Of a DNA stretch of 64,000 bases, positions 9,434 through 18,698 are shown piece after piece. The stretch spans positions 88,932 to 152,931 of the forward strand of contig JACQII010000016.1 of the NCBI GenBank assembly GCA_016198585.1, given 5' to 3'. How positions within the stretch are numbered: the stretch's first letter is position 1; each line of letters begins with the position of its first letter. The position numbers and the translations under genes are program-made. The DNA comes from Candidatus Aenigmatarchaeota archaeon (GTDB taxonomy: Archaea > Aenigmatarchaeota > Aenigmatarchaeia > QMZP01). The notes under the pieces are model-generated. The model was not told the origin of the DNA. It saw only the letters and a list, made by a program, of their open reading frames with translations, and searched no databases.

Positions 9434-9470
9434 TATTTAAATACTCTTATGTCACTATTAGGTAGTGACA
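9434..9470 (+). promoter_or_regulatory. Second copy of the motif: TATA 'TATTTAAA' (9434-9441) plus the perfect palindrome ATGTCAC-N9-GTGACAT (9449-9470), upstream of ATG 9475
   Basis: The architecture and spacing match the element at 9083-9119. Confidence 0.5.
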
Positions 9471-9474
9471 TACT

Positions 9475-9567
9475 ATGTCTGAAGACCTTTGGGAAAAGCT
9501 CTTGAAGAAGAACCGGGAAGACCTGTATCGGATGGAGATCGCGGACGAGGAGGTCCCGAATGATTGA
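9475..9567 (+). CDS. Tiny acidic ORF (30 aa) overlapping the start of the downstream gene
   Basis: MSEDLWEKLLKKNREDLYRMEIADEEVPND. Its stop at 9565-9567 overlaps ATG 9560 of the next gene. It shares acidic 'EI-D-EEV' character with the 78-aa protein. It may be a leader peptide or micro-protein. Confidence 0.25.
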   Translation: MSEDLWEKLLKKNREDLYRMEIADEEVPND

Positions 9568-11014
9568 TACGCTGACCGCAGCCTGGGAACAGAGGCTCTT
9601 CGAAGCAGACGGCCTCGGCCGCTACGGCATCACCCCCGAGGAGGTGGTCGCCGCGGCCGCAGAGAAGCTCGGCGCGCTGGCTAGTGGCCGGCAGCCCTAC
9701 GTCGTTGACGAGGACCTGCGCGAGCGGGAAGGCCGGGACGGCAAGTACCAGAGCCGGGTCACCTACCTCAGCGGATCGGCCCACCGGAATTCCGCCCTGC
9801 GGAACGATACGGTCACGCACGAGGCGATGCACGGCCTCTTCGAGGACCGCAACCCCGGCCAGGAAGACCATCCCGAGGCCTACATCCACCAGATGACCGG
9901 CATCGGGCTGCGCGGGAACCTCAGCCACCCAGACCCCGAGGTCCGGCGCGAGGCCGCGCGCGGCTACCGTTCCTACCGGCAGCGGTTCAGCGATCCCCGC
10001 TACCGAGAATCCCAGGGCGTCTCCGATATTGAGCACTCAGGCGGCTGGACCGACTCCTTGAACTACAGCAGAAGCTACGGGCTTGATGCCCACGACGCCA
10101 AGGACGAGAAGGGCCAAGGAAAGGGGAGGAAGGATCACGATACCGGTCACGGCGCTGCGCACGATGCCCACGGGAAGGCGGGGAACCAGGCCGCGGCTGC
10201 CGCGGCGACAGGCAGATACGAGCCGAAGAGTCTCCAAGACATCCTCATCGCGGGTGGCCGCGAGTTTGTGGGCGCGATAGCCCTCGGCGTACAGGACGGT
10301 GCCATTCGCGCGCTGCGGGAAAGCGGGAAGCCGGGCCAGTACCTGGCCGCGCTGATCGGGAACTACACCTACGCCGGCGCCCTCGACCACACCAAGCCCG
10401 ACACCATCGTCGCCGTCAAGAAGCGGGACATTCCGGGGTACTCTGTCTCGCTCGTCAAGACGCACGGCACGTACACCCTGACGGCAGATGACGTGACGGT
10501 GACCAACGGGACCATCACCCTCCCTGAAGGGCAGGGGTTCGAGCTCATTGGAGGGGACTGGGAGAAGGTCTACGACTACAACCTCTTCGAGAAGCTCGGT
10601 TCCGCCCAGACGTTCCCGGGCTTCCGCGAGATGCCGGAGCGGGAGATCCGGCGCCTGCTGGTCGAGGACACGGTGCGCTACCTCGTCAACCGGCCCTCTG
10701 ATTCGCAGCGGGTGGACGAACAAGGCCGGGTGATCCGGGTCGTGCGGCCGAAGAACTTCGACCTCGGGCTCGGCACCTACATCACCGCCCAGGGGCTCAT
10801 CGCCGAGCCGATCCTCGGCGGGTACAATCGTGCGGTCAAGATAGCGGAGAACGTGGTGACTGACGTGCTCCCCATGGTCGGGATTGCGCCGAAGCCGGTA
10901 GTCGGGAGGATGGAAGCGACCCGCGAGGCCTTCGTCAGGGAACTGACCGACCGGACGATTCGGACCGGCGCCGCGCTCTTCGACCTCGATTATCCCCTCA
11001 GGCTCGCGGCGTAG
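9560..11014 (+). CDS. Hypothetical protein with an HExxH (zincin-like) motif and a His/Ala-rich linker
   Basis: THEAMHGLFE carries the HEAMH zinc-metallopeptidase signature. A low-complexity segment HDTGHGAAHDAHGKAGNQAAAAAATG separates the N- and C-terminal domains. No named family is recognised. Confidence 0.5.
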   Translation: MIDTLTAAWEQRLFEADGLGRYGITPEEVVAAAAEKLGALASGRQPYVVDEDLREREGRDGKYQSRVTYLSGSAHRNSALRNDTVTHEAMHGLFEDRNPGQEDHPEAYIHQMTGIGLRGNLSHPDPEVRREAARGYRSYRQRFSDPRYRESQGVSDIEHSGGWTDSLNYSRSYGLDAHDAKDEKGQGKGRKDHDTGHGAAHDAHGKAGNQAAAAAATGRYEPKSLQDILIAGGREFVGAIALGVQDGAIRALRESGKPGQYLAALIGNYTYAGALDHTKPDTIVAVKKRDIPGYSVSLVKTHGTYTLTADDVTVTNGTITLPEGQGFELIGGDWEKVYDYNLFEKLGSAQTFPGFREMPEREIRRLLVEDTVRYLVNRPSDSQRVDEQGRVIRVVRPKNFDLGLGTYITAQGLIAEPILGGYNRAVKIAENVVTDVLPMVGIAPKPVVGRMEATREAFVRELTDRTIRTGAALFDLDYPLRLAA

Positions 11015-11071
11015 GCCCAGGAGCAGGCGCGCCTCGCAGCCCATTTAAGCTTCCCCCACCAAACATAGTGC

Positions 11072-11842
11072 ATGGTCGCGTTCGTGGACACGCTCATCGA
11101 CGTCCTCTGCCAGCAGAACACGGCATCGCAGTGCGGCCAGTTCGTCGCTGCCTATCCGGACGTCCCCCAGCAAGTCCTCTGGCTGGTCTTCTTCCCCTCG
11201 GTCTTCCTGATCCTCCTGATCTACCTGCTCTCGGAGACCGTCATCAAGAACATCGAGGGCGAAGGCAAGGGAAAGATCCAGTTCCTCGTGGCCATCGCCA
11301 TTTACCTGTTCATCGTCGTCCAAGGCTGGTATTACATCACGCTCAGCTTCAGCAAGGTCTGGTTCATCACCATCATCATCCTCACCGGCTTCTGGGTCCT
11401 GGTCCGCCGCATCGGCTGGACCAGCGGCTGGGGCAGCGGAAAGGGTGGCGGAGGAGGGGGAGGCGGCGGTGGCGGAGGAGGCGGGGGTAGCCACGGGTAC
11501 GCGGCCAGCCCGGGCGGCTACGTGGAAAAGCGGCTGCGAGCCAAGGCTTCAGGAACCGAGCGGTCCCTGGAGGACAAGATCCACAACCGCATCCGGACCA
11601 TGAGCTCCCTGCGGAACCGGATCAAGCACGGCGGTGACGCCCGGGGTATCGCCGCCCTGGTGCAGGAGTTCCGGGCCGAACGGAAACTGGCCGAGGACGA
11701 GATGCACGAACTCCAGGACTTGATGAACTTCGGACCGCTCAAGATCTCGTCGAAGAAGATCGACACCTGGTGGCGCGAGATCGAGCAGCTGACGCGCGAC
11801 ATTGAGACGGCTGACATCGAGCGCGAGCGCCGGGCGGCGTAG
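11072..11842 (+). CDS. Membrane protein with 3 TM helices, a 17-Gly linker and a C-terminal coiled-coil
   Basis: TM segments LWLVFFPSVFLILLIYLL, FLVAIAIYLFIVVQGWYYI and VWFITIIILTGFWVLV are followed by GKGGGGGGGGGGGGGGGGS and then a charged helical tail. Confidence 0.5.
   Translation: MVAFVDTLIDVLCQQNTASQCGQFVAAYPDVPQQVLWLVFFPSVFLILLIYLLSETVIKNIEGEGKGKIQFLVAIAIYLFIVVQGWYYITLSFSKVWFITIIILTGFWVLVRRIGWTSGWGSGKGGGGGGGGGGGGGGGSHGYAASPGGYVEKRLRAKASGTERSLEDKIHNRIRTMSSLRNRIKHGGDARGIAALVQEFRAERKLAEDEMHELQDLMNFGPLKISSKKIDTWWREIEQLTRDIETADIERERRAA
11438..11491 (+). repeat. GGN codon repeat encoding 17 consecutive glycines
   Basis: The run of GGN codons is visible directly in the sequence. The opposite strand gives a spurious Ala/Pro-rich ORF. 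Confidence 0.8.
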
Positions 11843-11844
11843 CC

Positions 11845-13989
11845 TTAGAGCGTTGCCTGTCTGTCGTGCTCGCGGTCGGCCAGGACCTGGTCTTTCACCG
11901 ACGCAGCCGCAGCCGGCCCGATGGCCCGGGCGACCGTGTCGAGCGGGGCCTGCCGCAGCGCGTGCAGGCTCCCCAGGCCAGCGGCGAACAGCCGGCGGGC
12001 ACGCACGCGGCCGACGCCCTTGAGCTTCACCAACGGCAGCAGCTCCTCCCTGATGCCGTACCGCAGGCGGAGCCGCGTCTTCCGGATCTGCCTGATCGCG
12101 TCGCGGTCGTCGCCCAGGAGGGCGAGTTCCTGGACGGCGTAGAGCAGCCAGTCCGCGATCTCCAGCCGGGCGCGCAGCTCCCCGGGCGTGACCCCGTACT
12201 GCTCGAGGAGCAGGTCTTCCCCCTTCTCCTCCATCCACTGCCCGAGCAGCAGCACGAGCTTCAGCCCGCGGAAGAAATCCTCGTACTCCAGGTCCCATTC
12301 TGCCGGCGGAGGCGTCACTAGTCCCTTTTCCTCGCCCGCGAGCAGGTCCTCGATGTCCTGGACGTCGCCCTTCCGGACTGTGAGCGGCGGCTTCATCTCC
12401 AGGCTGGAGGCGACGAGGTGCAGGACCGAGAACGGCGACTGCAGCTTCCCGAGCGAGCGGATCATGAGGTCGGCCGTCAGCGGGTCGACGTACAGTTCCG
12501 CGACGCGCTTCCCCAGTGGCGTCGCCTGCAGCAGCGCGTCCTGGTCCTCCCAGAAGTAGGCCTGGCGGAACTCGTCGTGCCGGCCGTGGTCGGTCATGGT
12601 GATGAACGCGCACCGTTCCAGGAGCCGCAGGGTCTTCTCCAGGTGGCCGCGCAGCTGGCCCAGGTCCTTGTACTGGTAAGCGTAGAACGTCCGGGAGAAG
12701 AACTCCTCGAGCCGGCGCGTGGTAGGCGCGAGGCCGCCCGCGATCAGCGCCAGGACGTGAGTCCGCAGGACCGGCTCGACCCCGAGCTTGGAGGTGATCC
12801 GCTCGGTCTCCCCGTTGATGTAGGTCTCCCAGCAGTGGTCAGCTTCCGCCTCAGTCTTCGGCAGCAGGATGGCCTCGCCCTCCGTGTCGTACGCAGGCCG
12901 TCCTGCGCGGCCGGCCATCTGCTGGATCTCCAGGGCAGGCAGGTAGTCCATCCCGCGGAACGAGGAGAAGCGCTTGAGGTCGCGGATGATCACCCGGTAA
13001 GCGGGCAAGTTCAGTCCCGCCGCCAGGGTCGGGGTCGCGCACACGACCCGGAGCAGGCCTTGCCGGAAGCCTTTCTCGACAGCCGACCGCTGGGGATGGG
13101 TCAGTCCGGCATGGTGGAACGCCGTCCCCTGGAGCACGCAGCGCGCCAGCCGGTCGCACTGGGCGGTCTTGTGCTCGAGCGCGCCCAGGACCTTGTCCGC
13201 GAGCGCGGTGAGCTTCTCGCGGTCGCCGGCCTGCACCCGCGCGCCGAGGGTCTTGCCCAGCTTCTCTGCCGCCGCTTCCGTTCCTTTCCGAGTGGAGATG
13301 AAGACGAGGGACTGCTTGTCGGTCGCGGCGAGTTCCTGCAGCGCGTCGCCGTCGACCGGGTAGCGCCGGTGGGGGGAGAAGAGGACCTCGTTCCCGTAGC
13401 AGACGCCGGTGTAGAGCTTCACCGGCCGGTAGTCGGACTTCACCGCGTCTGCACGCAGCCACCCGGCCAGCTCGTCGTGGTTCCTGATGGTCGCCGAGAG
13501 GCCGATGATGACCGGGTTGGCCTCCTGGAGGCGAGTCAGGACCATCTCCAGGGTCGGCCCGCGGCCCGGGTCGGTGAGGAGGTGGATCTCGTCGGCGATC
13601 ACCAAGCCGACCTGGTGCAACCAGGTGATCCCGTGACGCAGGAGCGAGTCCAGCTTCTCCGACGTCGTCACAATGAGGTCGTACTGGGCCAGCCAGGCGT
13701 CGGAGGCGTCGAGGTCGCCGATCGAGAGGGCGACCTTGAGACGAGGGTATTTCCTCGTGAACTCCTCGTACTTCTCCTGGGCAAGGGCCCGCAGCGGCAC
13801 GATGTAGACGGCCTTCTTCCCGCGCGCGACCGCCTTCAGGGCGGCAATTTCCGCAATCAGGGTCTTTCCCGACGCGGTCGGCGCGGCCACGACCAGGTTG
13901 CGGTCCAGCCCGCGCTCGACCGCCAGCCGCTGGACCGGGTTGAGGGCCGGGAAGCCCGATGCCTGCAGGACCTCGGCAACCTCGTCCAT
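11845..13989 (-). CDS. hel308: Hel308/Hjm-type ski2-like ATP-dependent DNA helicase
   Basis: Walker A AAPTASGKT and DEIH are present, along with helicase C, the ratchet domain and a C-terminal HhH, about 715 aa. The ATG is at 13987-13989; GTG 13995 is the ORF-track start. A TATA lies about 20 nt upstream. Confidence 0.85.
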   Translation of the reverse strand: MDEVAEVLQASGFPALNPVQRLAVERGLDRNLVVAAPTASGKTLIAEIAALKAVARGKKAVYIVPLRALAQEKYEEFTRKYPRLKVALSIGDLDASDAWLAQYDLIVTTSEKLDSLLRHGITWLHQVGLVIADEIHLLTDPGRGPTLEMVLTRLQEANPVIIGLSATIRNHDELAGWLRADAVKSDYRPVKLYTGVCYGNEVLFSPHRRYPVDGDALQELAATDKQSLVFISTRKGTEAAAEKLGKTLGARVQAGDREKLTALADKVLGALEHKTAQCDRLARCVLQGTAFHHAGLTHPQRSAVEKGFRQGLLRVVCATPTLAAGLNLPAYRVIIRDLKRFSSFRGMDYLPALEIQQMAGRAGRPAYDTEGEAILLPKTEAEADHCWETYINGETERITSKLGVEPVLRTHVLALIAGGLAPTTRRLEEFFSRTFYAYQYKDLGQLRGHLEKTLRLLERCAFITMTDHGRHDEFRQAYFWEDQDALLQATPLGKRVAELYVDPLTADLMIRSLGKLQSPFSVLHLVASSLEMKPPLTVRKGDVQDIEDLLAGEEKGLVTPPPAEWDLEYEDFFRGLKLVLLLGQWMEEKGEDLLLEQYGVTPGELRARLEIADWLLYAVQELALLGDDRDAIRQIRKTRLRLRYGIREELLPLVKLKGVGRVRARRLFAAGLGSLHALRQAPLDTVARAIGPAAAASVKDQVLADREHDRQATL

Positions 13990-14007
13990 ACACACAGATT
14001 GGGATAG

Positions 14008-14020
14008 GAATTAAAAACTA
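14008..14020. promoter_or_regulatory. Shared AT-rich box 'GGAATTAAAAACTA' between divergent hel308 and acylphosphatase
   Basis: It is positioned 20-25 nt from both start codons (13989 on minus, 14037 on plus). Confidence 0.4.
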
Positions 14021-14036
14021 ACGGTCAATCCATGGC

Positions 14037-14309
14037 ATGGATGCGCGAGCCCAGATCCTCATCTCGGGCAGGGTACAGGGAGTCTTCTTCCGTTCCTGGC
14101 TGCGCAACCACTCCAAGATCCGGAACCTCACCGGCTACGCCCGCAACACCGAAGACGGCAGCCTCGAGGCCGTCCTGGAAGGCCAGAAGGAGGCGATCCA
14201 GGAGATCATCGACCGCTGCCATGACGGACCCGGGACCGCTTCGGTCACCGAGGTGAAGGTCGAGTGGCTCGAGCCCACCAAGTCCTTCGAGAGCTTCGAG
14301 ATCCGGTGA
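14037..14309 (+). CDS. acyP: Acylphosphatase
   Basis: The signature GRVQGVFFR is present in a 90-aa protein. Confidence 0.85.
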   Translation: MDARAQILISGRVQGVFFRSWLRNHSKIRNLTGYARNTEDGSLEAVLEGQKEAIQEIIDRCHDGPGTASVTEVKVEWLEPTKSFESFEIR

Positions 14310-14311
14310 CC

Positions 14312-15352
14312 ATGGAACAGAAGCCCTTACTGCTGCGGAGCAGGTTCGGCGAACGCTTCGCCAACGACGTCTTCCACTACATCCAAGAGAAGTACGATGG
14401 CCTGTTCGAGCTCGGCGACGTCGAGATCACCGCCTTCCCCAACAAGGAGATCCTGCCCAAGATCGGGCCCAACGTCCGGCGGCGGCGGGTCTACCTGGTC
14501 CACGCCTTCGAGGGTCTCGGTCCCGTCGGCTCGCCGTACGACAACTATGACCCCAATTTCGGCTGGATGGCGCTCTACCTCATCAACGATGCTGCCCTGC
14601 GGGCATCAGCCGAGCGGGTGACCAACGTGCTGCCCCACATCCCTTACCAGCGCCAGGACCGCAAGGAGGAGGGACGGGTCCCCATCGGGGGGAAGGGAGT
14701 CGTCAAGCTCCTGGAGTGCGCAGGCGGCACCAGTTTCGAGCGCATCGTGACCGTCGAGATGCACTCCGGCCAGCAAGCCGGCTTCATCGAGCACCCGTAC
14801 GACAACCTCTACACGAACCGGCTCTTTGCCGGCTACCTGCGCAGCCTGGGCAAGGACTTCGCGGTCGTCTCGCCCGACCCGGGAGGCGGCAACCGTGCTC
14901 GGGCGTTGGCCGCGATGCTGGGAACGCACGCCGTCTACTCGGAGAAGGTCAAGCGAGGTCAGGAAAAAATCGATGTCCAGATCAAGGGATCGCTCGAGGG
15001 GAAGATCCCGGTCATCATCGACGACATGGTAGATTCAGGCAGCACGCTCGCGCTGACGGCGCGCAAGCTCCGCGAAGGCGGTGAGTTCGGCGGCGGCGGG
15101 CCTGGGGCAGAGGAGGTCTACGCCTGTGCGACCCACGCCCTGCTGAGCCCCAAGGACGGCCGGGCCGAGGACCGGCTCCGCAAGCTTATGAAGCTGGTCG
15201 TCACCGACACGATCCCCATGAGCGACGCCTATCGGGCCAGCCAGGAGGGCTGGATGACCGTCCTCCCGGTCGCGCCGCTGGTCGGCGACGCGCTCTACCA
15301 GATCGAGACCGCCGGATCGGTGAGCTCGCTCTTCACCAGCCCGGGCACATGA
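14312..15352 (+). CDS. prs: Ribose-phosphate pyrophosphokinase (PRPP synthetase), divergent
   Basis: HIPYQRQDRK corresponds to the Prs PYxxYARQDRK motif, and the PRPP-binding VIIDDMVDSGSTL is present. The internal ATG at 14312 directly follows the acyP stop. Confidence 0.75.
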   Translation: MEQKPLLLRSRFGERFANDVFHYIQEKYDGLFELGDVEITAFPNKEILPKIGPNVRRRRVYLVHAFEGLGPVGSPYDNYDPNFGWMALYLINDAALRASAERVTNVLPHIPYQRQDRKEEGRVPIGGKGVVKLLECAGGTSFERIVTVEMHSGQQAGFIEHPYDNLYTNRLFAGYLRSLGKDFAVVSPDPGGGNRARALAAMLGTHAVYSEKVKRGQEKIDVQIKGSLEGKIPVIIDDMVDSGSTLALTARKLREGGEFGGGGPGAEEVYACATHALLSPKDGRAEDRLRKLMKLVVTDTIPMSDAYRASQEGWMTVLPVAPLVGDALYQIETAGSVSSLFTSPGT

Positions 15353-15389
15353 GTTTTTATCCCCGGCAAGCCCAAAGGTGTCATACCCT

Positions 15390-18140
15390 ATGGACCTGCA
15401 CGCCGTCGAGAAGAAGTGGCAGCAGCGCTGGCAGGAAGCCCAGGCGTTCGTGCCGCTGCGGAAGGGGAAGAAGGTCTTCGTCACCGTGCCCTACCCCTAC
15501 ACCTCCGGGCCACTGCATATCGGCCACGCCCGGACCTACACCCTGGCCGACTTGTGGGCGCGCTACCAGCGCCTGCAGGGCAAGGCGACGCTCTTCCCGA
15601 TGGCCTTCCACATCTCCGGGACGCCGATCCTGTCCGTCGCCGACCGCATCCGCGAAGGCAGGAAAGAGACCCTCGACCTCTACCGCGACTACATCGGCAT
15701 CTATGAGCCCGACCAGAAGAAGGCCGAAGCGGTCCTCCGCTCGTTCACCGAACCCAAGGCGGTCGCCGACTTCTTCTCCCAGGTGATCGCGCGCGACTTC
15801 CAGTCCCTGGGCTTCTCGATCGACTGGACCCGGTCGTTCACGACCGGCGACCCGGCCTACAGGAAGTTCATCGCGTGGCAGTTCCTCCGCCTCCGCGACG
15901 CCGGCGTCATCACCCGCGGCTCCCATGCCGTGCAGTTCTGCACGCGGGACCAGAACGCCGTCGGCGAGGATGACATCCGCGACGGCGACCTGCTCGACAC
16001 CGGGATCGAGGCCTTCACCGCGGTCAAGTTCCCCTTCCGCGACGGCTTCCTGGTGGCCGCGACGCTGCGGCCGGAGACCCTCTTCGGCGCGACCAACCTC
16101 TGGATCAGGCCGGACGCGACCTACGTCAAGGCCCGGGTCGACGGCGAGATCTGGTACCTCTCCGCCGCGGGGTTCGCGACCCTCGGAGACCAGCACCACA
16201 CCGTCAAGGAGATTGAGCGCTTTCCAGGGAAGAAGCTCGCCGGCAGCGAGGCGCAGTCGCCCGTGGAGAAGCGGATACTGCCGGTCCTCCCCGCGGACTT
16301 CGTCGACCCCGCGTTCGCGACCGGCGTCGTCTTCTCGGTCCCTGCGCATGCGCCGGAGGACTACGTCGCGCTCCGCAACCTGGGCTTCCCGGTCGAGCCG
16401 ATCCCGGTCATCACCGTCCCCGGCTACGGCCCGGTTCCGGCCAAGGAGGTCTGCGACCAGCTCCACATCTCCAGTGCAGGCGACCGGGACCAGCTGAAGG
16501 AGGCGACCCGCATGCTCTACAAGGCCGAGTTCTACCAGGGCGTCCTCGCCCGGGCCGGGCCGTTCAGCGGGACGCCGGTGAAGGAGATCAAGGGCCAGGT
16601 CGCCGCCTGGCTGAAATCCAGGGGGAAGGCCCTGGACTTCTTCGTGCCCAAGACCCCGGACCTGGTCTGCCGCTGCGGCGCCCGCGTGGTGGTCAAGGTC
16701 CTGCCCGACCAGTGGTTCATCAACTACGGCGACCCGGCCTGGAAGGCCAAGACTCGGGCCTGCCTGAAGCAGATGGCCATCATCCCCGAGGGCAGCCGGG
16801 CATCGTTCGAGGCGGCGATCGAGTGGCTGCACGAGCGCGCCTGCGCGCGCCGCCGCGGCCTCGGAACTGCCCTCCCCTGGGACGAGCAGTGGACGATCGA
16901 GTCGCTGTCCGATTCGACCATCTACCCCGCGTTCTACCTGCTCGCTCACCTGGTTCGGGACCAGGACGCGGAGAAGCTGGTGCCGGCGGTCTTCGACTTC
17001 GCGCTCCTCGGGAAAGGAACAGCAGCGGCCGCGGCGAAAGCTTCCGGCCTTCCCCTGAAACTGCTGCAGTCCCTCCGGAAGGAATTCAGTTTCTGGTACC
17101 CGGTCGACCTGCGCCACACCGCGGTCCCGCACCTGACCAACCACCTGACCTTCTACCTCTTCACCCACGCGTTACTCTTCCCGGAGCAGCACTGGCCGAA
17201 GGCGATCTCCCTGAACGAGCTGCTCGTCCGGGACGGTCATAAGATGAGCAAATCCAAGGGGAACGTGATCCCTCTCGCCGACGTCTCCCGGCAGTACTCA
17301 GCCGACCTCTACCGCCTCTACATCGCCTCCGGCGCGGACATGAGCGCGGTGATCGACTGGACCCAGGAGGGCATCGAGACCGTGCGCAAGCGCCTGCTGG
17401 CGTTCATCGAGTTGGCGGAACGTGCTGGTTCGGGGAAGAGCCCGATGGACGCCTGGCTGCGGTCGCGCTTCCACACCATGCTGCAGGACCTCGGCCAGGA
17501 CATTGAGGGTTTCCGTTTCCGGTCGTACGCGCAACGGGCCTTCTTCGGGATGATGAACGACGTCGCGCACTTCTTCCGCCGCGGCGGGAAGGCAATCCCC
17601 GGCGACCTTCTGAAGGACTGGTTCATCGTGCTCTCGCCGCTGATCCCGCATGTCTGCGAAGAGCTCTGGGAGCGGCAAGACGGGAAAGGCCTGGTCTCCC
17701 TCGCGCGCTGGCCGCGGCCTGACCCGAAGGCCGTCGATCCCGCCCTGGAGGCCGGGGAAGACCTCGTCGGGCGGACGGTCCAGGACATCCGCGAGATCCT
17801 CAAGCTCGTCGATCGCAAGCCCGGGAAGGTCCACCTCTACGTCGCGCCGGACTGGAAGTACGTCATGCACCGCCGGATTGCGGACGGAGCAGACCTCAAG
17901 ACCCTGATGGCCGACCCCGCGATCCGTGCCCAGGGAAAGGCTGCCGCAGTCTTCTTCGAGCGCGCGAAGAAACTGCCTGCGGCTGCCGGCCCTGCCCAGG
18001 AGCTCGCGGCCCTGCACGGGGCGCGCACCTTCCTGGAGCGGGAGTTCGGCTGCCCGATCGAGGTGGTGAGCGCGCTGCAGGCCACCGGGGCCCGGGCGGC
18101 CAAAGCCGAGCCGGGCAAGCCGGGCATTGAAGTGGTCTGA
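15390..18140 (+). CDS. leuS: Leucyl-tRNA synthetase (archaeal type)
   Basis: HIGHARTY (HIGH) and KMSKSKGN (KMSKS) are present over about 916 aa. ATG 15390 lies about 28 nt after the TATA 'GAGTTTTTATCC'. The GTG at 15378 is the ORF-track start. Confidence 0.9.
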   Translation: MDLHAVEKKWQQRWQEAQAFVPLRKGKKVFVTVPYPYTSGPLHIGHARTYTLADLWARYQRLQGKATLFPMAFHISGTPILSVADRIREGRKETLDLYRDYIGIYEPDQKKAEAVLRSFTEPKAVADFFSQVIARDFQSLGFSIDWTRSFTTGDPAYRKFIAWQFLRLRDAGVITRGSHAVQFCTRDQNAVGEDDIRDGDLLDTGIEAFTAVKFPFRDGFLVAATLRPETLFGATNLWIRPDATYVKARVDGEIWYLSAAGFATLGDQHHTVKEIERFPGKKLAGSEAQSPVEKRILPVLPADFVDPAFATGVVFSVPAHAPEDYVALRNLGFPVEPIPVITVPGYGPVPAKEVCDQLHISSAGDRDQLKEATRMLYKAEFYQGVLARAGPFSGTPVKEIKGQVAAWLKSRGKALDFFVPKTPDLVCRCGARVVVKVLPDQWFINYGDPAWKAKTRACLKQMAIIPEGSRASFEAAIEWLHERACARRRGLGTALPWDEQWTIESLSDSTIYPAFYLLAHLVRDQDAEKLVPAVFDFALLGKGTAAAAAKASGLPLKLLQSLRKEFSFWYPVDLRHTAVPHLTNHLTFYLFTHALLFPEQHWPKAISLNELLVRDGHKMSKSKGNVIPLADVSRQYSADLYRLYIASGADMSAVIDWTQEGIETVRKRLLAFIELAERAGSGKSPMDAWLRSRFHTMLQDLGQDIEGFRFRSYAQRAFFGMMNDVAHFFRRGGKAIPGDLLKDWFIVLSPLIPHVCEELWERQDGKGLVSLARWPRPDPKAVDPALEAGEDLVGRTVQDIREILKLVDRKPGKVHLYVAPDWKYVMHRRIADGADLKTLMADPAIRAQGKAAAVFFERAKKLPAAAGPAQELAALHGARTFLEREFGCPIEVVSALQATGARAAKAEPGKPGIEVV

Positions 18141-18192
18141 TTGTGTGGGGGGAGCCACACACGTTTTTATGGCCGCCGGCCAATCCTTGCGC

Positions 18193-18507
18193 ATGATCAT
18201 CGCGATCCTGGGGATCATCGACCTCATCGCCGGCGGCGCCCTGATCCTCGGGCCGGCCCTCGCGCTGGAGGGGAGCAGCTTCCTCTTCTACTTCATGATC
18301 CTCTTCTTCCTGAAGGCCATCTATTCGATCCTGACGGCCGTCGCCGCGGGCTTCTACTTCGACCTGCTCGGCTACCTGGACTTCATCGCCGCGGTCTTCC
18401 TGCTGCTGCTCTTCTGGGGGATCTCACCGGCGTGGGTGTTCTGGATCGGCCTGCTGGTGATCATCAAGGGCATCTACTCGTTCGTGATCGGGTTCATCTC
18501 GACCTGA
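18193..18507 (+). CDS. Small hydrophobic membrane protein (about 104 aa)
   Basis: MIIAILGIIDLIAGGALILGPALA... has 3-4 TM helices. A TATA-like 'CGTTTTTATGG' lies about 20 nt upstream of ATG 18193. Confidence 0.45.
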   Translation: MIIAILGIIDLIAGGALILGPALALEGSSFLFYFMILFFLKAIYSILTAVAAGFYFDLLGYLDFIAAVFLLLLFWGISPAWVFWIGLLVIIKGIYSFVIGFIST

Positions 18508-18514
18508 ACCGGGC

Positions 18515-18697
18515 CTAGCCGAGCGACTGATCAATCTGGGCGAGAGCATCTTCGAGCTGGCCCACGTCGACCGAGACGTTCTGGAGGGTCTCCTGGGCTT
18601 CGTCGTCGGACTGGATCGCGTCCGGCGACGTGCAGCCGGAGACGGCCACGGTGAGCAGGAGCCCGACCAGCAGGACCAGGATCACGAGCGCGTGCAT
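18515..18697 (-). CDS. Small secreted/lipoprotein-like protein (60 aa) co-transcribed downstream of the Cys-rich giant
   Basis: MHALVILVLLVGLLLTVAVSGCTSPDAIQSDDEAQETLQNVSVDVGQLEDALAQIDQSLG has a lipobox-like VSGC. Its start lies 2 nt after the upstream gene's stop. Confidence 0.4.
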   Translation of the reverse strand: MHALVILVLLVGLLLTVAVSGCTSPDAIQSDDEAQETLQNVSVDVGQLEDALAQIDQSLG

Positions 18698-18698
18698 A

